Notes under the pieces: model-generated | Seen by the model: only the letters and a program-made list of their open reading frames with translations | Told to the model about the DNA's origin: nothing | Databases searched by the model: none | Source of the DNA: the human T2T-CHM13v2.0 reference genome, Homo sapiens | Direction: 5' to 3' (one strand) | DNA: 64,000 nucleotides | Assembly: GCF_009914755.1 (NCBI RefSeq) | Contig: NC_060926.1 | Shown here: positions 56,919 through 64,000 of the stretch, one piece after another | Layout of the letters: the number at the start of each line of letters is the position of its first letter | Numbering within the stretch: position 1 is the stretch's first letter | Program-made: the position numbers and the translations under genes

Positions 56919-58199
56919 TTTACTTCTAAGGCTCAGAATAAAATATAAACACAAATTTATTGATGGCTGGGTAGCACTCTAACACATTTTGAAGGAATGC
57001 AGAGCTCAGCTCACGATGCATAAGCAAGACCTCCAGTAGCCTTTCCCTGGAAATCAAGATTGAGAGCTTTGTAGAACAAACTGTAAGTTGAAGTAACCAA
57101 TCAGCCACACACAGAGATGCTGGAAGAGAGTGACAGAATGTCTGAACTTTCCTCAGATGGCAAATCTTGTTAGTATTTATCACAGAAGGTGGAACAAAAG
57201 AGTGTGTTACACACACACACAAAGCAGCATGGAAAAGTCTGGAACATGGATTTCTGCCTTCAAGGCACAGTTAAAGCCACTTCATAAAATGTGCTGCCAT
57301 TGAAATAACTTAGTTGCAAAATTTCTGTTTCTCTTTGGTAATTTTAATCTTTGATTCTCTATGCAATACCTTTAATTTGCATATACATGCCCATGGAGTT
57401 CAAAATCATCTATCTCCCATTGCCTAACCACCCCCCCCATCATAACAGTATTCCACAAGCTTCTCTTGAGCCCTAGTTTCCTGATTAATAATTCAAGTCA
57501 CACAACAGCATCCTTTCCAAAACACTTTCCCTTCACATGTGCCCTTGTCAACAACAGCAAATCAACAATTCATTGAATGGCTATCAGACCCAGACAAATG
57601 TTCTAGGTACCTTGAAGAAGACGCTTAAAAACAAACAACAGCAACAACAAACCAAAACAAACGAAAAAATCAAACATTTGGCCCTCATGGAGTTTATGTC
57701 ATTGTAGGAGGAGATAAGGAAAAGAGTCACTTTAGCAAAAAAATTAAAGGAAGTGATAAAAGAAATCACTGGAATAGCTAATGATGGGCACCCCAGGCAA
57801 TTGTTCAAAGTTGTGGCATTACCACAGCAGCAGGGACAATGATGGCTGGGACAAAATGAAGGAGATGGAGAATAGTTGGAGAGAGATAATTAGTAATGTC
57901 TACTCAATTGCCATACCCTGTTCTACCTATCTAAATATTTGTTATACATGTCCCCTTTCCTAAATCTGTACAATCGTTCTACATAAACCTTCATCATCTT
58001 TTGGTTATTATTACCATTGTGTCTTTGTTCTGAACCCAAGCCTTACTGCAATAAATCTTCCATTGGAAACTTGCTAGAGCCTTTTAAATTTAAAAATTTT
58101 AAATCAACATCCATACTTGCTTCTATGGTTCTAGTGTTATTCTCCTAATTGATCTACAAAGATGAAGGTAGAAGACACTTTCAAATAACTATATCTGAC

Positions 58200-58730
58200 T
58201 AATAGAAATGTCAGCTCAGAGAAAAACTTCAAGATTGCGTGTTATGGCCTCACCCTCTCTCTGCAGCCCTCTTCTGCTGTTACTCAAGCTGCTCCACCTT
58301 TTTCTCAGTATGCTTCAGCCACTCTTTTTTTCAGGGCCTTAGACTTCCTCATCTCTTCTTCCATTCTCAAGCATGAGACATTCTTTTGCATCATTCCCTC
58401 TATTGAATGGCTTCTTTGCACTGTATTCTATTTTTTTTTCAAAGCACTGTTTAAAAGGCCACCTACTAAAGATATTTTTTCTGATTTCTTCTTCCTCTGT
58501 AATCTAAATTAGGTATATCCTATTTCTTTTCAGAACACATTGTGTTTCTGTCACACAACTCAGCAGAATTTGTAATTTTGCATTCATTTTTATTTGTAGG
58601 GTAACTGGCCACTAAAATATATGTATTGAGGACACATCTTGTATATTTTCCTTACCCCTTTTTCTCCTAGCACCTAATATAGTATATACATAAAGTGCTC
58701 AATAAAAATTTGTTCAAGAATTACTGAATA
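58200..58730 (+). mobile_element. L2 3' fragment
   Basis: cctagcacctaat...gtgctcaataaaaatttgttcaagaat. Confidence 0.6.
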
Positions 58731-58930
58731 CTATATCACTAATAACACTTATTTCCTGATTACCTAATATGAGTAAGCAATGACTCACATACGTAGATAC
58801 AGATATAGAAAACAATTGCACAAATCATATATTACAGTGCCAATTGTTAAATTCGTAAATTGTAAAATTCTGATTTAGAATCTTAAAAATTACCCTAAAT
58901 CATAAAATTAATAAGATTCAGGTACTATTT

Positions 58931-59231
<301 letters not shown>

Positions 59232-61880
59232 AAGATTTAGGTACTATTTGAAAGTAGTAAGTCACACTTCTATACCGTTTCCTCACATTTCTCTCATTTC
59301 TCTGTCATTCTCTAAAATCACAATCTTTTTTCTTTTCATGGGATTGTAAGGATTTGTATTGATACCAAAATTAATAGAAAAATTTAAAAACACACCTGTA
59401 CTGTTTTTAGTATTGTTCATATTTGATTTCATGCTAGTGTATTGTCTTCTTAGTTCTGTTCAAAATTTAAAGTGAGTGAGGTCTCCTGGTTTCTCCCAAG
59501 AGACACATGTCACAGAAAACACCAGGAATCTCATGTAAATAATTAAGTTGTCATTAAGATTTATTGGTTTCTTTAGTATCCTACCTATTGCTGACACTGA
59601 CAACCTAGAGACAGGCTGCTTCTCCTAAAAATAATGACATATTTCTTTGCTTTCAAAACCCTTTTGGCTTATTTGACTGCAAAACTTTCCAAGACTCACT
59701 GGATATTGACAGTCCACACTACAGTATCTTCCTAAAATATACACTTTACTTAGTCCATCTTGTTTCCTCTAAGAGATCACTGTGCTTCCTTTTCCAAAAA
59801 ATAAATAAAAATATTTACATTTATTAAAATTGAAAGTTTATTTTTATGTAATTCTGTTCTTTAAGCACTCTATCTTGTCTGAAAAGCCAATAATAGGCAC
59901 TTTTGTTCCTTGTAGATTGATATATCCTTGATATTAATGGCGTGGTTTTTTTTTATAGAAAACAAAAGACATTTTAAACCTCCACTTTACGGCCTTCTTT
60001 TCTTGAATTTTCAGCTATACCACTACATTAACCTCTTTTACTCTTTATTTATTGAAGCTTTTATCATTTTTAACATTTTACTCATTAATCTTTTAACTAT
60101 AAAATGATTAGCATTATCAATGAAACCAGTTTATTATCACTTTTTATGTTAGCTGTATTAAATGCCACAGCTTAAAATGTTTTAATATATATGCAGCTTC
60201 ATAAGTAATATCCAGGTCTGACTTGTATATTTAGGCATCTTTATTAAATTGAGGTGTAGCCTTTGTCCTCATCATGTTTCAGTGGGTTCTGTTTGATGGA
60301 AATATACTTACTCTGGGGAAACGGTTTTTCTAAAGAAGTTCCCTGAGAGAAAGCATAATGATAAAAGAGTCATAAAATATGATGTCATTCTACATTACAT
60401 ACTTCTTTTTGCTTGAAATGATTTGTCAGTCTTCAGATGTGGACGAATACTGACTTAGCTCCCAACATTCTTCAGGTATTCAAACCCATCTTCTTCATGT
60501 TCGGATGCTTTGCCATGGTGGCAGAGTACCTGGCATAGATTCTTCCATGTGTGTTTAGCACAGACCTAAGAAAAGAATAAGATTAAGGATGGCTAGGAAT
60601 CAGAAAACACCATTGTATTGTGAACTAAGTATAGGGAACAGAGGCTTTAATCTATGACAGTCACTGTCATCTCTACTTATCCTAGAATGTGCCTTAAGCT
60701 GACTGCAAGGAAAGGAGTGAGATATTAATGTTATCTCCCCCCCAAAAAATGTTGATAAAACTTCTTATCTGATTGTCCATCTTGACCACTATAATCTTTA
60801 ATGCAGTAGTTAGGCAGAATCCAACTAGTTGAAATAGCTATTTGTAAGAAGGCCAAGAATTTAAAGCCAAATATAGCAGTTCTCAAGAGATGCTTAATTA
60901 CTCACAGGTGATGTTTCTAGGCAACCACTTCACCTTCTGATTCCACTGCTTCACCTAAGTGTGGTGCTCAGTTTGCTCTATTGTTACTGAATGTTAAAAG
61001 AGATGGAAAAGTGCAGTATACAAAATTTATTTTAAACCAGTCAAAAATAGAGATTTAGAAAAAGAGACTTTAAAATTCAATTCTGAATTGGAAGATATGC
61101 AAGCACATTTTAAAAATCTTTTTCCCCATGGTTTAGGAAATTATTTTTAGTGAACAGAAATTTAGGATAAAATTTTAATAAGAATAGAAAGATTATTTGA
61201 AGGAAAGTGTTATGTTTGAAATCATAAATGCTTTAGAGCTGATGCTCCAGAGAGCAGGATCAAAAGGCTGTGCCACTGGACAGACACAGCAGTTCCCACA
61301 GTTGCAGGCCTCTGCTATTTCAATAGAATTGTCAAGGACAACGTCTCCTAAAAAATATTACTCAAACTTTCTGAAACAGAATTACTATTCCTACATTGCC
61401 TTTAATTTGCAATCATCAGTTCTTGACCTTAGATTTAGAACCTGGAAGTTTTCCTGCTAATAACTTGTTATCTTTTGCTCGAACTATGAATAATTTACCA
61501 ATGCCCATGCTCCTGATTTGAATTTTATAGGCTACCTAATGTTTCAATACAATCTCTGGGCCGTTTCAGCATGCCCTTTCACACACTAGCTTTCTATATT
61601 CTCATATCTGTAAAGGAATTAAAATCCATATTGATACTGTTCTTTGAAGTGGCCTAGATGTAATGGGCTTCCCCACTATTTGATACCAAGGGGAAGGTCC
61701 ATCCTCATGCTTTGCTGGATTGATAACTGCACTTGAATCCACCTCTAAAGCCCTTCCCTTAGGATAGCTAGCTCAGAGAATATAAAAGTCAGTTTGTTGT
61801 TGTTGTTCTTGTTGCTGGGTTTTTTTGTTTTTTGTTTTTTTTTTGGAATGAAGTACTTTAAAAATCTAATTTTTTTTTGA

Positions 61881-62150
<270 letters not shown>

Positions 62151-62588
62151 TAAAGGTCAGTTTTATACATGATGGGCATCTATCCTTTGTGCTAATAATA
62201 TTCATATATTGCCAATATTAGTTGATTCATTCACTCATTAAGCCACTCAACAAATACTAATTATCTAGAGAGTGCCAATGGCCATCAGCATTCCACTCAG
62301 AGTTTATTATCCTACAAAGGGTACATCTGCCTTTATGTATTATATCCTGGAAGAGAATGTGCCTACTCCTTTATTGTTGATCTTTACATTCTTAGTCTTT
62401 AACCATGATGTAACAATATTTTTCTGTGCTAACTAAAGCAACATTGAATTAATGTAAAGGAGACTCTCTTTGAATTTCCAGCTAACTGGCTTGCCAGATA
62501 TCTAGTGTTTCTATTTTATTGTAAGATATTCCATGCTATGTCCATCTCACACCAAAGGCTTACAGTTATTATTTTACTAGATGTATTC

Positions 62589-64000
62589 TGTATTTGACAA
62601 TTCTCACGCAGCTATGAAGAAATACCTAAGACTGGGTAATTGCTAAAGGAAAGAGGTTTAATTGACTCACAGTTCTGTATGGCTGGGAAGGCCTCAGGAA
62701 ACATACAATTATGGCAAAAGGGTAAACAAACACATCCTTCACATCCAGGTCATGCTTATGCAAAAGGCAGGCTCCCATGGCCTGGGAAAGCTCTGCCCCT
62801 GTGGCTTTGCAGGGTACAGCCCCACTCCTGGCTGCTTTCATGGGCTGGCATTGAGTGTCTGTGGCTTTTCCAGGAACATGGTATAAGCTGTCAGTTGATC
62901 TACCATTCTAGGGTCTGGAGGACAATGGTCCTCTTCTCACAGCTCTACCAGGCAGTGCTCCAGTGGGGACTCTGTGTGGGGGCTCTGACTCCGTATTTTC
63001 CTTCCACACTGCCCTAGCAAAAGTTCTCCATGTGGGCTCAGCCCCTGCAGCAAACTTCTGCCTGGACTTCAGGAGTTTCCATACATCCTTTGAAATCTAG
63101 GTAGAGGTTCCCAAACCTCAATTCTTGACTTCTGTGCTCCTGTAGGCCCAACACCAGTTGTAAACCATCAAGGCTTGTGACATGCACACTCTGAAGCAAT
63201 GGCCTGAGCTGTCCATTGGCCTGTTTTAGCCACAGGTAGAGCTGAAGCAGCTGGGACACAGGGCACCATGTTCCAAAGCTGCATAGAACAGGGGGTGCCT
63301 GGCCCAAAATATTATTTTTTCCTTCAAGGCTTCCAGCCCTGTGATGAGAGGTGCTGCCATGAAAGTCTCTGACATGCCCTAGAGACAATTTCGCCATTGT
63401 TTTGGTGATTTACTTTGTACTCCTTGTTTCTTATGCAAATATCTGCATCTGGCTTGAATTTCACCCCATAAAATGGGGATTTCTTTTCTATCACATCAGG
63501 CTGCAAATTTTCAAAACTTTTATGCTTTGCCTCCTCTTGAATGTTTTACCACTTAGAAATTTCTTCTGCCACATACCCTACATCACCTCTCTCAAGTTCA
63601 AACTTCCACAGATCTCTAGGGCATGTGCAAAATGCTGCCAGTCTCTTTGCTAAAGCATAACAAGAGTCACCTTTGCTCCAGTTTCCAACAAGTTCCTCAT
63701 CTTTATCCGAGACCACGTCAACCTGGACTTCATTGCCCACATCACTATCGGCTTTTTGGTCAAAGCCATTCAACAATTCTCTAGGATGCTCCTAACTTTC
63801 CCACCGCTTCCTGTCTTCTGAGCTCTCCAAGTCTCTAGGAAGTTCCAAACTTTCCCACATTTTCCTGTTTTCATCTGAGCCCTACAAACTATTCCAACCT
63901 CTGCCTGTTACCCAGTTCCACATTTTTGGGTGTCTTTATAGAAGCATCCCGCTCTCTGCAGTACCAATTTACTGTATTAGTCCATTCTCAAACTTCTGTG
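62589..64000 (-). mobile_element. THE1C/D provirus with internal deletion: partial 3' LTR 62589-~62744, internal to 63972, 5' LTR from 63973 running past the window
   Basis: agactgggtaattgctaaaggaaagaggtttaattgactcacag; internal is the reverse-complement homologue of 12434-13990; gtaccaatttac|tgtattagtcc junction. Confidence 0.88.

Noticed and set aside
59478-59533. Short imperfect hairpin tcctggtt...caccagga
   Set aside because: Stem too short to exceed chance
63775-63865. Duplicated 'tctctagga...aactttcccac' block
   Set aside because: Recalled as a feature of THE1C/D and MST internal consensuses, not locus-specific

Overview
This is AT-rich, gene-free primate genomic DNA (human or close ape, inferred from AluY, L1PA, LTR12/ERV9 and MER9/HML-3 elements), not prokaryotic sequence. 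I find no credible host protein-coding gene, tRNA, rRNA or CRISPR array. The recognisable long ORFs in the track are read-throughs of L1, Alu, THE1 or LTR12 sequence or of microsatellites. The window is a layered transposon record: L2/MIR/MLT/L1M fossils, a near-full-length decayed L1PA15/16-like copy, one full-length and one internally deleted THE1 provirus, solo LTRs, about a dozen Alus and small DNA transposons. I see no evidence of a new biological system. The strongest structural oddities are: (1) a ~215-bp, ~97%-identical inverted duplication at 33779-33991 / 35745-35962; (2) a 149-bp twin-primed L1 that joins an ORF1 fragment to the 3' tail; (3) an AluY whose target-site duplication (TSD) encloses extra non-Alu sequence; (4) a four-level transposon nest. 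Subfamily names come from recalled consensus motifs and need RepeatMasker/Dfam confirmation. Boundaries without a TSD are approximate.
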